A stretch of 64,000 nucleotides of DNA from an uncultured Alphaproteobacteria bacterium (GTDB taxonomy: Bacteria > Pseudomonadota > Alphaproteobacteria > RF32 > CAG-239), in assembly GCA_944391695.1 (NCBI GenBank), contig CALXUO010000030.1, positions 5,100-69,099 of the forward strand, in the 5' to 3' direction. The first letter of the stretch is position 1, and every line of letters begins with the position of its first letter. The position numbers and the translations under genes were made by a program. Shown here one piece after another: positions 47,362-57,874 of the stretch. The notes below the pieces were generated by a model, which had not been told where the DNA came from, ran no database searches, and saw only the letters and a program-made list of their open reading frames with translations.

Positions 47362-48316
47362 GCTCCCAATTCCAAGCCGTGCGGACAATATCCTCGATAT
47401 TGATATATTGAGGATGCCAGCCCAAAATATCTTGAGCCAGCTTGTTGTTGGCATAGAGCTCGGCCGGGTCGCCTTCGCGGCGCGGAGCAATGCTTATGGG
47501 ACAAGCTTTGCCGCTTACTTTTTCGGCTGCTTTTATAATCTCGTAAACCGAGGTCGGTATCCCGGTGCCAAGATTTATAAAGCCCTGATATTTATCCAGC
47601 TTTTCCAATGCCAGCCGATGGGCCAAGGATAGGTCATTGACATGAATATAGTCTCTTAAACAAGTCCCGTCAGGCGTATCATAGTCATTGCCAAAAACTT
47701 TGATATCGGCCCTCTCCCCTTTAATAGCCTTTAGCACCAGCGGAATAAGATGGCTTTCGGGGCTATGGCTTTCGCCGATTAGGCCTTCCTCATCTGCTCC
47801 GGCGGCATTAAAATAACGCAGAGCGATATACTTTAGCCCATAGGCTTTGTGATAGTCGCGGAAGACATTTTCTATTGCCAGCTTGGTTTGACCGTATGGA
47901 TTGATGGGGGATTGCGGGTGTTTTTCATCCATGGGCGTATGCAAAGGATTGCCATAGGTGGCACAAGTACTTGAAAATACTATTTTATCAACCCCAAATT
48001 CGCGCATGGTATCAAGCAAATTGAGTGTGCCGACAACATTATTGCGATAGTATTTGCCAGGATCTGTCACACTCTCGCCCACAAGCGAAAAAGCGGCAAA
48101 GTGAATTATCGCATCTATCTTATATGATGAAAACAGCTTTTTGAGACTATCTAAATCCAGCAAATCGGCGATTACCAATTCGCTGTCTAAAACTGCTTCT
48201 TTGTGGCCGGTTGCAAGATTATCGGCAGCCAAAACATCATAGCCTTTTTCTTTTAAGTGCTTTAGGGTGTGCGAGCCAATATAGCCCGCACCTCCCATAA
48301 CCAAAACTTTGCCCAT
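47345..48316 (-). CDS. galE: UDP-glucose 4-epimerase
   Basis: 'VMGGAGYIGSH' and catalytic 'YGQTK'. Confidence 0.9.
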   Translation of the reverse strand: MGKVLVMGGAGYIGSHTLKHLKEKGYDVLAADNLATGHKEAVLDSELVIADLLDLDSLKKLFSSYKIDAIIHFAAFSLVGESVTDPGKYYRNNVVGTLNLLDTMREFGVDKIVFSSTCATYGNPLHTPMDEKHPQSPINPYGQTKLAIENVFRDYHKAYGLKYIALRYFNAAGADEEGLIGESHSPESHLIPLVLKAIKGERADIKVFGNDYDTPDGTCLRDYIHVNDLSLAHRLALEKLDKYQGFINLGTGIPTSVYEIIKAAEKVSGKACPISIAPRREGDPAELYANNKLAQDILGWHPQYINIEDIVRTAWNWELNRRF

Positions 48317-48325
48317 TACCTGCTC

Positions 48326-49486
48326 CTATTTACCGTTATAGGCTTTTTTATAAACCTCCAAAACAAGAGCTTTGGTGCAAGGACGCGGATTGCCTCCGGT
48401 GCAGACATCGGCCATGGCAGCATCGGCTAACGCCTCCAAATCTTCTTTTTTAACTCCGATTTCTTTTAAGGTTTTGGGAATGCCAACATCTTTTTTAAGT
48501 TTGGTAACAGCCTTGATGGCGGCCTCGCGATACTCGGCCTGTTTCATTTTATCAACATTTTTTACACCCATGGCTCGAGCAATTTCTCTAAACTTGGTGC
48601 CGGTATAGGGAGCATTGAACTCCATAACATAGGGAAGTAATACAGCATTGGCCACCCCGTGCGGAGTATCATAAAAAGCAGACAAAGGATGGGCCATACC
48701 GTGAACCACGCCCAAGCCGACATTAGAAAATGCCATACCGGTTACGTATTGGCCCAAAGCCATAGCCTCGCGAGCATCGGGATCATTTTCAACCGCTTTG
48801 CGCAAATTCTTGGATATCAGCTCTATTGCTTTTAAGTTCAAAGTATCGGCCAACTCCCAGGCTGCCAAAGTAGTATAGCCCTCGATAGCATGCGTTAAGG
48901 CATCCATACCGGTGGCGGCGGTTAGGCCTTTGGGCATGGACGACATCATATCCGGGTCAACAACGGCTACAACCGGAATATCATGTGGATCAACACAGAC
49001 AAATTTGCGGCGCTTTTTCTCATCAGTAATGACATAGTTAATTGTGGTCTCGGCGGCGGTACCGGCCGTGGTGGCAACCGCAATTACCGGCACACTTTTA
49101 TTCTTGGTGGGAGCAACACCCTCTAATGACACAACATCGGCAAATTCCGGATTGTTGATAATGATACCTATACCTTTGGCAGTATCTTGCGGAGAGCCGC
49201 CGCCAATGGCTATCATATAATCGGCTTTGGCTTTTTTGAAAGCTTTAACCCCGGATTTGACGATATCAACACTCGGGTTGGCCTTGACCTCGTCAAAAAT
49301 TTCATAAGCTAATTTATTTTTATCCAACAAATCGGCTATTTTTTTTACCACTTTAAATTTTACTAAATCTTTGTCGGTAACAATTAAGGCTTTTTTAAAA
49401 CCTCTGGATTTGACCTCGGTTACAATTTCTTTAATTGCACCATGGCCGTGATAGCTGGTTTCATTTAAAATAAAGCGTTGCGACAT
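48326..49486 (-). CDS. iron-containing alcohol dehydrogenase (lactaldehyde / propanediol oxidoreductase-like)
   Basis: 'GGGSPQDTAKG' and His-rich metal site. Start set at the ATG preceded by a perfect AAGGAGG RBS; the upstream ORF extension was rejected. Confidence 0.9.
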   Translation of the reverse strand: MSQRFILNETSYHGHGAIKEIVTEVKSRGFKKALIVTDKDLVKFKVVKKIADLLDKNKLAYEIFDEVKANPSVDIVKSGVKAFKKAKADYMIAIGGGSPQDTAKGIGIIINNPEFADVVSLEGVAPTKNKSVPVIAVATTAGTAAETTINYVITDEKKRRKFVCVDPHDIPVVAVVDPDMMSSMPKGLTAATGMDALTHAIEGYTTLAAWELADTLNLKAIELISKNLRKAVENDPDAREAMALGQYVTGMAFSNVGLGVVHGMAHPLSAFYDTPHGVANAVLLPYVMEFNAPYTGTKFREIARAMGVKNVDKMKQAEYREAAIKAVTKLKKDVGIPKTLKEIGVKKEDLEALADAAMADVCTGGNPRPCTKALVLEVYKKAYNGK

Positions 49487-49652
49487 TGGTTTCCTCCTTA
49501 TAACAAAATAATTTATTTTTATCTTAAGCGCAAAAAAATTAAGCAAAAGTAAATATATACCATTTTATAACATAAACGTTTTTGGTGCTTTACTTTTAAG
49601 AATTAACGCATTAAAACAACTCCGTTTTGCTTGAAAGAAATATGGTGATAAA

Positions 49653-51044
49653 ATGATAAAAGACTTAACACGAGGGAATCCGATAAAACTGATTATATGC
49701 TTTGCCTTGCCTATTTTGGTTGGCAATTTGTTTCAACAATTATTTCAAATATCGGATATCTTGATTGTCGGCCGCTTGCTCGGGGTTAAATCTTTGGCCG
49801 CAGTCGGTTCATCGGCGCCGTTATTTTTTATGTTTTTGATGATTGCTTTCGGGTTTACTGCCGGGTTGACGATTATTACGGCACAACGCTTTGGTGCCAA
49901 AGATTGGAAAGGAGTTAAATCATCGGCTTTTCATGCTTTGGTGGCTTCGGTTTTATTAAGTGTTATCATAAGCTTGAGTTTGGTATTTTTCTTGCGCCCG
50001 TTGCTGAGGCTTATGAATGTACCTGAAGAAATTATGGATGAAGCTCATCGCTTTATGTTTATTTTGGGAGTGGCGATAACATCTATTGTCTTATACAATT
50101 TATTATCCGGGCTTATCAGAGCTTTGGGCGATTCTAAAACTCCGCTTTATTTCCTTATTGCCTCGTCATTGTTGAATATCGTTTTTAATTTTATGTTTAT
50201 TTATTTCTTCGGTTGGGGAGTTGCTGGTTCGGCTATGGGAACGTTTTGTTCCATGACTTTAAGCGTGGTGGCTTGCGTTTGGTTTATTGCCAAAAAATTT
50301 CCTTTATTAAAACTGTCGTGGAAAGACTGCAAATATAATCACAAATTTATGAAAGAACATTTGAGAGTGGCCGCACCTATGGCAATTCAATTTTCGATTT
50401 TGGCCTTGAGTATGATGATTGTGCAAAGTGTGTGCAACTCTTTTGGAACGGATATTATTGCAGGATTTACCGCGGCAATGCGAATTGAACAGATATCAAC
50501 TCAGCCTTTGTTTGCACTTGGTATTGCTTTTGCTACCTTTTCGGCTCAAAATTATGGCGCGGCGCTTATTAAACGTATTCGCCAAGGTGTTCGCCAATGC
50601 TTGATGCTTTGTCTGATATTAAGCATTACAATTACGTTATCGGTAAGGTTCTTCGGCTCGCACATGGTGTCGGCATTTATTGAGGGAGAAAACGGAAATA
50701 TCATCCATATCGGGCAGCAATATTTGATGATAAGCTCTTATTTCTACTTTTGTTTATCGTGCATATTTATTGCCAGAAATGCTCTTCAAGGTATGGGAAG
50801 AACCAATATTCCGCTTATCTCCGGTATTGTAGAACTGGGAGTAAGGGCTTTTGCCGCCATGTATTTGGCACATGTAATCGGATATATCGGCATTTTTTGG
50901 GCCGGCCCGATTGCCTGGGTCGGCGGTGCTGTTGTGGTTTGCGGCGGCTATTTCTTTATTGTTATGCGGATTAGCAAAGACGAGATGCGGCAGATATTTA
51001 TTAAGAAACATATGATACAATATCACACAGACCCAATATCATAG
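49653..51044 (+). CDS. MATE family efflux transporter
   Basis: 12-TM protein with a NorM/DinF-like N-terminus. Confidence 0.85.
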   Translation: MIKDLTRGNPIKLIICFALPILVGNLFQQLFQISDILIVGRLLGVKSLAAVGSSAPLFFMFLMIAFGFTAGLTIITAQRFGAKDWKGVKSSAFHALVASVLLSVIISLSLVFFLRPLLRLMNVPEEIMDEAHRFMFILGVAITSIVLYNLLSGLIRALGDSKTPLYFLIASSLLNIVFNFMFIYFFGWGVAGSAMGTFCSMTLSVVACVWFIAKKFPLLKLSWKDCKYNHKFMKEHLRVAAPMAIQFSILALSMMIVQSVCNSFGTDIIAGFTAAMRIEQISTQPLFALGIAFATFSAQNYGAALIKRIRQGVRQCLMLCLILSITITLSVRFFGSHMVSAFIEGENGNIIHIGQQYLMISSYFYFCLSCIFIARNALQGMGRTNIPLISGIVELGVRAFAAMYLAHVIGYIGIFWAGPIAWVGGAVVVCGGYFFIVMRISKDEMRQIFIKKHMIQYHTDPIS

Positions 51045-51048
51045 ACAT

Positions 51049-51087
51049 AAAAAAATGCCTTTCTTTATCACAAAGAAAGGCATTTTA
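51049..51087. terminator. bidirectional terminator (MATE / OMP convergent)
   Basis: 14-bp stem aaatgcctttcttt / aaagaaaggcattt flanked by an A-run and a T-run. Confidence 0.7.
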
Positions 51088-51098
51088 TGATGGATTAT

Positions 51099-51662
51099 TT
51101 AGAAGGAATATCTCAAACCTGCTGTTACTTCTGCTATATGGTTTAACTCATTAGAGCCAACATAAGCAAAACGTCCAACAACACGGGCTGAAATATGATC
51201 GGTCATGTTATACATTGCACCGCCACCAATACGCCAGCCAACATGGTTGCTGCTTGAGCTACCACCATCTGTCTCACCTTTATAATAGTAATCAGCTACA
51301 CCGATGGTTGCCAATAAATCAAATTTGCCTTCGCAACCAAGGGGTTGATATCCGTAAAGATCAAGACCATATGCATTTACCTTGCTTTTTAATTTACCTG
51401 CGGCCAAGTCTTTGGTTCTTTTGCCTGTCCACTGACCAAAAACTTCGGCACCGATACGATCCATTCTCGCACCGATGTTGAAAATAGCTGAATTGTAGCT
51501 CTTTTTGGCTTCATCCAAACCACCTTTGAAATCGGCATAATCATAACCGTAGTCTATACCTACATACATTTTTGGATTGCTCATTACATCTTTCCACTCG
51601 GCAGATGCATTGGTTGAAATCAAAACACAGGCTACTCCTGCAAGTAATAATGATTTTTTCAT
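51099..51662 (-). CDS. small outer-membrane beta-barrel protein (OmpW/Opa-like)
   Basis: Signal peptide. Alternating amphipathic strands. C-terminal '...GLRYSF' signature. Confidence 0.75.
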   Translation of the reverse strand: MKKSLLLAGVACVLISTNASAEWKDVMSNPKMYVGIDYGYDYADFKGGLDEAKKSYNSAIFNIGARMDRIGAEVFGQWTGKRTKDLAAGKLKSKVNAYGLDLYGYQPLGCEGKFDLLATIGVADYYYKGETDGGSSSSNHVGWRIGGGAMYNMTDHISARVVGRFAYVGSNELNHIAEVTAGLRYSF

Positions 51663-51849
51663 TGTATTTTTGCTCCATTTATAAACAGATTTTATTTAAT
51701 ACATTATAATATAGTCCTGTTTATAAACCGCATGGATATACGGTTTATGTCTGTTAGATAATGGCTATATTTTTTATTTAAAGGGGGTATTTAAATATTT
51801 TTTTACATAATTGCGATATTTTTTTATTATTGATGAAAGGATTTTAATT

Positions 51850-52497
51850 ATGGTATTTTGTCCACCTGATAAGACTTGCGATAAGTGTAAAAGATTACTC
51901 CAATTCAGAGCTGATAATATAAAAAAATTTCCCGCTTATTTTAATGCTCCAGTGCCGCCGTTTGGCTCTTTGGATGCAAAAGTGCTTGTCATTGGGCTTG
52001 CTCCCGGACTTAACGGCGCTAACCAAACCGGAAGGCCTTTTACCAATGATTATGCCGGCGATGTACTCTACCCTATTTTGAAAAAATACGGCTTTGCCAA
52101 AGGAAATTACGCCAAAAAAGCCAATGACGGTTTTGAGCTTGTTGATGTTAGGATTACCAACTCGGTCAGATGTGTGCCGCCGCAAAATAAGGTTACCGGG
52201 GAGGAAATTAGAAATTGCGGAACCTATCTCAAGCAAGAAATTGCCAACATGCCAAACCTTAAAATCATCCTTACTTTGGGGGCCGTGGCACATAATGCAG
52301 TACTTAGTGTCTTGGGGTATAAAAAGTCGGCTTTCAAATTTGCTCACGGGGCCTGCCATAAGCTTGATAGACATAATTTGTTGATGCTTAACTCTTATCA
52401 TACATCGCGCTATAACATAAATACCGGGGTGTTAACTTATGAGATGTTTGAAGATATTGTACAAAATTTGAAAAAAATATTGACAACCATGTCGTAA
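51850..52497 (+). CDS. uracil-DNA glycosylase superfamily protein (family 4/5-like, Fe-S)
   Basis: 'GLAPGLNGANQTGRPFT' motif A and N-terminal Cys cluster 'CDKCKRL'. Confidence 0.8.
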   Translation: MVFCPPDKTCDKCKRLLQFRADNIKKFPAYFNAPVPPFGSLDAKVLVIGLAPGLNGANQTGRPFTNDYAGDVLYPILKKYGFAKGNYAKKANDGFELVDVRITNSVRCVPPQNKVTGEEIRNCGTYLKQEIANMPNLKIILTLGAVAHNAVLSVLGYKKSAFKFAHGACHKLDRHNLLMLNSYHTSRYNINTGVLTYEMFEDIVQNLKKILTTMS

Positions 52498-52558
52498 AAG
52501 TTCTACTATTAGCGAACATTTATTACAATTAGTGCTAATTTTTTTAAACTTTATTTTT

Positions 52559-52918
52559 ATGGAAAAGGAATTTTATCGCTTCGGCATCAGCGATGCTTTT
52601 CAAACGGAAAGTGAATTGAATTATATGTCATCGAGAGATGCCGTCATCGAAGCTGTTAGCAAAGGATTAGGCTTCATTGTCAGACATTATCAATCTGAGG
52701 ACAAAAAAGCCCGGCGCGCCATTTTGGGTTGGAATATAAAGGTTTTGTCTTATGACGAGGCTTTTAGACGGTATGAACACAACCCAAAAATGTTGAGGAT
52801 TGTGCTGGACAGCGAAGAAAAAGACGTATTCGTCATTTCGCCAAGTAATGACGGCGAAATTGTCTTCCCGTTCAAGGCTGACAGCCTGACGGTGGTGGAT
52901 ATGCAAAAATTGCTTTAG
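52559..52918 (+). CDS. hypothetical protein (119 aa)
   Basis: Open frame followed by a terminator. No motif recognised. Confidence 0.4.
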   Translation: MEKEFYRFGISDAFQTESELNYMSSRDAVIEAVSKGLGFIVRHYQSEDKKARRAILGWNIKVLSYDEAFRRYEHNPKMLRIVLDSEEKDVFVISPSNDGEIVFPFKADSLTVVDMQKLL

Positions 52919-52939
52919 CCACCAGATAAAAAACTACAG

Positions 52940-52981
52940 AGAGTCTTCGGTTTATGAAATAAACCTAAGGCTCTTTTTTTT
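52940..52981. terminator. bidirectional terminator (hypothetical gene / rnfA convergent)
   Basis: 14-bp stem with one mismatch, loop atgaaat, then TTTTTTTT. Confidence 0.6.
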
Positions 52982-53555
52982 AATATGAAATTCCGGCAAA
53001 GCCCATAAATGCCATCGACAACAAAGCGGCTGATATCAACACTATCGGCGTGCCTTTTAGGGCTTGCGGAATATCGGTACGCTCCAATCTCTCCCTGATG
53101 CCGGCAAAAATAACAATTGCCAAAGTAAAGCCCATGGCCGAGGCCAACGTATAGCAAATGCCTGCCAGAAGCGTATAGTTTTTTTGGATTGTCAAAATTG
53201 CAATACCCAAAACCGCACAATTGGTGGTGATAAGCGGTAAGAAAATACCCAAAGACTGATATAGGGCCGGTGATGTTTTCTTGATTACCAACTCAACCAT
53301 TTGCACTAGTGAGGCGATGACCAAAATAAAGGTTACCGTGGTCATAAATTTTAACTGATAGGGCTGCAAAAAAGTATAATAAATCAAAAAGGTTACAACT
53401 GTTGCCAAGGTCATGACAAACATTACGGCAAAACCCATGCCTATAGCGGTTGAAATACGCTTGGAAACCCCCAAAAACGGACATATTCCCAAAAACTGCG
53501 ACAGAATTATGTTGTTTACAAATATCGCGGTAATAAAAATCATTAGATAATCCAT
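52980..53555 (-). CDS. rnfA: Rnf complex subunit A
   Basis: 'FLGICPFLGVSK' membrane subunit. Confidence 0.9.
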   Translation of the reverse strand: MDYLMIFITAIFVNNIILSQFLGICPFLGVSKRISTAIGMGFAVMFVMTLATVVTFLIYYTFLQPYQLKFMTTVTFILVIASLVQMVELVIKKTSPALYQSLGIFLPLITTNCAVLGIAILTIQKNYTLLAGICYTLASAMGFTLAIVIFAGIRERLERTDIPQALKGTPIVLISAALLSMAFMGFAGISY

Positions 53556-53557
53556 GG

Positions 53558-54154
53558 CTATTTTACTCCCCGAAGTTTGTTAACAACAATGATGATACCG
53601 GCCAAGGCTAAAAACGCTCCGGGCGGCATAATAAACAAAAGCATCGGATGGGCATCCTCTCCGATAAATGACCACCCAAATACCGAACCATTGCCCAAAA
53701 TCTCTCTGATGGTGCCAAGAATTGTTAGAGCCATGGTAAAGCCTAACCCCATGCCAACACCATCTAAAAGCGATTGCCACACACTGTTCTTGGAGGCAAA
53801 AGCTTCGGCGCGGCCCAAAATTATGCAATTTACCACAATAAGCGGAATATATATGCCCAAAGCCTGATATAATGTCGGCAAATAGGCCTGCATCAGCATT
53901 TCTATCACTGTTACAAATGAGGCTATAATCACAATAAAGCTTGGTATTCTTATAATATCAGGAATTAAGTTCTTAACCACCGATATAAATACATTGGACA
54001 ATATCAAAACAAATGCTGTGGCCAAGCCCATGCCCAAGCCGTTTATGCCGGAGGTTGAAACACCCAGCGTCGGACACATGCCAAGCATCATGACAAATAT
54101 CGGATTTTCTCTTATAATGCCGCGAGTGAGGTTTGATATGCTCTCTTTATTCAT
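53558..54154 (-). CDS. rnfE: Rnf complex subunit E
   Basis: 'MMLGMCPTLGVSTS'. Start refined to the ATG preceded by GGAGG. Confidence 0.9.
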   Translation of the reverse strand: MNKESISNLTRGIIRENPIFVMMLGMCPTLGVSTSGINGLGMGLATAFVLILSNVFISVVKNLIPDIIRIPSFIVIIASFVTVIEMLMQAYLPTLYQALGIYIPLIVVNCIILGRAEAFASKNSVWQSLLDGVGMGLGFTMALTILGTIREILGNGSVFGWSFIGEDAHPMLLFIMPPGAFLALAGIIIVVNKLRGVK

Positions 54155-54737
54155 GGTTGCCTCCGGAATTAAAATTGCTAAATGCATCAAATGCCCGTTC
54201 AAGAGCTTTAAGGACGGCTCGAGAGCTTATGGTTGCTGCCGTTACGGCATCTACATCGCCACCGTCTTGCTTGACTTTTAATACCTGACGACGTGGATAA
54301 AATCCGTTGAATTGCTCCTTAAATTTCGGCTCATCAACTTTGGTCCCAAGCCCAGGTGTTTCGTGGCTTGAAATAACCTTGAAATTTTTAATGGAACCAT
54401 CAACATTAAATCCGGCCATAATTTCTATTCTGCCGCCAAAGCCGGTGTTGGTGTAAGCCTTGATGGCAACAGAGGTAAGCGCTCCATTTTGGCGGGCTGG
54501 ATACATCGTCAACTTATGTTTTTTGTTTTTGGTGGTGATTTTCATCTTCTCGGCAAACGGGTTGTTGTCAAACTCCCCTACGACCTCGGCTATGGCAGCC
54601 AATTCTTGATTATCTTTGGCTTGACGTATCGGTTCTAACGTAATGTCATGAACATAGCCTAAAATAAAAGCTGACAAGCAGGCGATGACAACTAAAGTTA
54701 CAATCGGTTTTATCGGACCTTGTTTTTTCTTTGACAT
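54147..54737 (-). CDS. rnfG: Rnf complex subunit G (FMN-binding)
   Basis: N-terminal TM helix and FMN_bind domain 'DAVTAATISSRAV'. TAATG-type overlap with rnfD. Confidence 0.85.
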   Translation of the reverse strand: MSKKKQGPIKPIVTLVVIACLSAFILGYVHDITLEPIRQAKDNQELAAIAEVVGEFDNNPFAEKMKITTKNKKHKLTMYPARQNGALTSVAIKAYTNTGFGGRIEIMAGFNVDGSIKNFKVISSHETPGLGTKVDEPKFKEQFNGFYPRRQVLKVKQDGGDVDAVTAATISSRAVLKALERAFDAFSNFNSGGNHE

Positions 54738-55726
54738 CAGCGTTTCTCCCCGTAGCAACGTTGAACTGCATATTTGTCAATTAGCGGCACAAGCGCGTTC
54801 ATTATCAAAATGGCAAAAGAAACTCCCTCGGGATAGGCGCTAAAAGACCTAATAATCACCGTTAATATTCCGCAGCCTATGGCAAAAATTATTTGCCCTT
54901 TAAGTGTCATTGGCGAAGTAGTATAATCGGTTGCCATAAAGATTGCACCAAGCATTAAACCACCAGATAACAAATGCGCTAAGGGCAAAAATTTCATATC
55001 GCCGGTCGTAAAATATAAGACGGAGGTAAACACCAAAACTGTTGCCACATAATAAACCGGAATATGCCAAGTGATTACTTTGCGATACAAAAGCCAGGCA
55101 AAACCCAACAACAACGCCAAAGCCGATATCTCGCCTATACAGCCGCCAATATTGCCTAAAAACATATCAAGATAGCTGGGCAAATCCTCCGGTGAATACA
55201 TCTGCGCGCTGGCCGAAGATGATGCGTCAATGCTCTTTAATATCCTAAGCGGTGTGGCTCCGGTCGAGCCGTCGGGGCTTACCATTTGCAAAAAGTGAGG
55301 CTTGGGCCAAACAGTCATTTGTACCGGAAACGAAATAAACAAAAATACTCTTCCAACCAAGGCCGGATTAAAAATGTTTTTGCCAAGCCCGCCAAAGCAC
55401 ATCTTGGCAACGATTATGGCCATGAAAGCTCCGATTAATATCATCCAGCAAGGCATGGTAGACGGTAAATTATAGGCCAACAGTATTCCGGTAATAACCG
55501 CTGAAAAATCAACCGTTGAGTTTTGGGTCTTAAGCCAATAGCGGCAAGCTAAATACTCAAACATGACACAAGCCGCAACCGAAGTTAAAATCACCCTTAG
55601 GGCATCTATTCCAAAAAATAATATTGCCGATATTGCCGCTGGCATTAAGGCTATTACCACATCAAGCATCAAAGCTTTGGTATCTCGATTGGTTTGCATA
55701 TGCGGATTGGTTGATATCTTTAACAT
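54737..55726 (-). CDS. rnfD: Rnf complex subunit D
   Basis: Polytopic NqrB/RnfD family protein. Confidence 0.9.
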   Translation of the reverse strand: MLKISTNPHMQTNRDTKALMLDVVIALMPAAISAILFFGIDALRVILTSVAACVMFEYLACRYWLKTQNSTVDFSAVITGILLAYNLPSTMPCWMILIGAFMAIIVAKMCFGGLGKNIFNPALVGRVFLFISFPVQMTVWPKPHFLQMVSPDGSTGATPLRILKSIDASSSASAQMYSPEDLPSYLDMFLGNIGGCIGEISALALLLGFAWLLYRKVITWHIPVYYVATVLVFTSVLYFTTGDMKFLPLAHLLSGGLMLGAIFMATDYTTSPMTLKGQIIFAIGCGILTVIIRSFSAYPEGVSFAILIMNALVPLIDKYAVQRCYGEKR

Positions 55727-55728
55727 GG

Positions 55729-57051
55729 TTACTTCTTTCTTATTTCCTGCTTAGCTATTTTACAGTAATCTAACAACGGAATGTTGGCCGGGCAAACATA
55801 GGCACAACAGCCGCATTCTATGCAATCTCCGGCGTGGAGTTTGCGCAAATCTTCGGCCGTGTCGTTAAAACTTATGGCTTGCTTGATGGCAAACGGACGA
55901 AGTCCTGCCGGACAACTTAGAGCACATTTGCCGCAACGAATGCAGCTTGATGCTTCTTTCTTGCTGAAATTTTCGTCCTTAAGAAGCAGTATACCCGATG
56001 TTAGCTTGGTAACCGGAGCTGATGTATTGACAATGGCATTGCCCATCATAGGACCGCCCAAAACTATTTTGTGAACATCAGTGCTCAACCCTCCGGTGGC
56101 CTCTATCAAATCAGAAACCGGCGTGCCTACCCTAACCTTATAATTGCAGGGATGCTGACATCCATCACCGGAAACAGTTACAATGCGCTCAAACAAAGGT
56201 TTGTTTTTTAGTACGGCTTCATAGACGGCAAAAACCGTGCCGACATTTTGGACTATGCATCCGACATCTATGGGCAATTTGCCTAAGGGAAGCTCTTTGC
56301 CGGTAATTGCTTTTATAAGCTGTTTTTCTCCTCCTTGGGGATATTTGGTGCGGCATACCTTAACGTTGACACCTATATAGCGCTTGCTTAAATTGGTTAA
56401 AATTTCAATTGCACGAGGTTTGTTTTCATCAATGGCAATAATGGCGTTTTGTATCCCTAATGCCCGGTTGATTACTCTGGCTCCCATAATGATTTCTTCG
56501 GCATGCTCTACCATTAATCTGTCATCGGCGGTCAAAAAAGGCTCACATTCAATGCCGTTTATAATCAACAACTCAACCTTTTTACCCTCGGGAACAGAGG
56601 TCTTTATCGGTGTGGGATAGCCGGCACCGCCCATGCCGACAATACCGCCTTCCCTTATCTTGGTGATAATCTCTTCTTGCGTCAGATTGATCTCTTTAAT
56701 GACCTCAGGTTTGCGGTTAACTGATTTTTCCCATTTGTCACCTTCGGTTTTGATGGTTATCATCTTTTCTTCGTAGCCGCTTGCTGACGGTAAATCTTCA
56801 ATTTTTATAACCTCGCCGGAAACGGAAGAATGAACGTCTGATGAAACAATGCCGTCGGCATCGGCCAATAAAGTGCCTACTTTTACTTTGTCTCCTTTGG
56901 ATACCAAAATTTTGGCCGGTGATCCGATGTGCTGCTTTACCGGAATATTGACAATCTCGGGGATTTGAGCCTCGACTATTGGGCAATCAGCGGTTATTTT
57001 ATATTTTTCAATATGCAGGCCGCCCATCGGAAATGTATATTCTTTAATCAT
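55729..57051 (-). CDS. rnfC: Rnf complex subunit C (NADH-binding, 2x[4Fe-4S])
   Basis: 'GGAGYPT' plus C-terminal 'CIRCGKCALSCP' and 'CIECGCCAYVCP'. Confidence 0.9.
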   Translation of the reverse strand: MIKEYTFPMGGLHIEKYKITADCPIVEAQIPEIVNIPVKQHIGSPAKILVSKGDKVKVGTLLADADGIVSSDVHSSVSGEVIKIEDLPSASGYEEKMITIKTEGDKWEKSVNRKPEVIKEINLTQEEIITKIREGGIVGMGGAGYPTPIKTSVPEGKKVELLIINGIECEPFLTADDRLMVEHAEEIIMGARVINRALGIQNAIIAIDENKPRAIEILTNLSKRYIGVNVKVCRTKYPQGGEKQLIKAITGKELPLGKLPIDVGCIVQNVGTVFAVYEAVLKNKPLFERIVTVSGDGCQHPCNYKVRVGTPVSDLIEATGGLSTDVHKIVLGGPMMGNAIVNTSAPVTKLTSGILLLKDENFSKKEASSCIRCGKCALSCPAGLRPFAIKQAISFNDTAEDLRKLHAGDCIECGCCAYVCPANIPLLDYCKIAKQEIRKK

Positions 57052-57874
57052 GAATCCTCTCTTTATAAATGATGGCTGAGGTCGGACAGTTTTGGGCTAA
57101 TTCGGCCCCAAACTCTCCGGCGTCTACCTCCGGAGGAATATAGGAAAGATTGTTTTCAATCTTTATCTTGTCGCAGATTTTGGCGCATTTCATGCAGCCA
57201 ATACAAGCTTTGGAGCAATTTTTACGAGCAACCGCCCCTTTTTGTTTGTTGCGGCAGGCAACATAGACCATGCCGCCAGCCAGACTCTGAGGACGAATCT
57301 CAAACAAACCGCGCGGACATATCTTTACACAGGCTCCGCAAGAAGTACACTTCTTGCTGTCAACAACCGGCATGCCGCTTGCCTCATCAAACGACAAAGC
57401 TCCGAATTTGCACACCTTTACACAATCGCCCAAATGCAAACATCCATCCGGACAACCACTCTGTCCGCTTGATATGCGATTGGCAATGCGGCAGGAACTT
57501 ACGGCTTCATAGTTTACTTTGGCCGGAGCATTCTGACAATTGCCTTGACAGCGTAAAACAGCAACGGTGGGGGCCTTGTCGGTGGCTGCAAACCCCCTTA
57601 GAGAGGCAATTTTCTGCATTACTGCCGCCCCGCCTACCGGACAATATAAATTGGCAAACGATGCCTCATCGGCTCTGGCACAGGCCGTGGCAAAGTCGGC
57701 ACATCCGGCTTTGCCGCATGCACCGCAATTGGCCTGCGGCAAAGCAGCCGCTATACTTATTACCATTTCGTCGGTTTTGACGGCAAATCTTTTGGATACA
57801 ATGTATAGTACCAAAGCGGCAATAAAGGCCGTGCCGCCGAGGATAAGTATGTTTAGCAATATCAAATCATCCAT
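57044..57874 (-). CDS. rnfB: Rnf complex subunit B (polyferredoxin)
   Basis: N-terminal TM helix and multiple 4Fe-4S motifs. Confidence 0.9.
   Translation of the reverse strand: MDDLILLNILILGGTAFIAALVLYIVSKRFAVKTDEMVISIAAALPQANCGACGKAGCADFATACARADEASFANLYCPVGGAAVMQKIASLRGFAATDKAPTVAVLRCQGNCQNAPAKVNYEAVSSCRIANRISSGQSGCPDGCLHLGDCVKVCKFGALSFDEASGMPVVDSKKCTSCGACVKICPRGLFEIRPQSLAGGMVYVACRNKQKGAVARKNCSKACIGCMKCAKICDKIKIENNLSYIPPEVDAGEFGAELAQNCPTSAIIYKERIHD

Noticed and set aside
48326-49546. Longer ORF-track version of the Fe-ADH gene starting at 49546
   Set aside because: A perfect AAGGAGG RBS sits 7 nt upstream of the internal ATG at 49486. The extra 20 residues ('MLNFFALKIKINYFVIRRKP') look non-coding.
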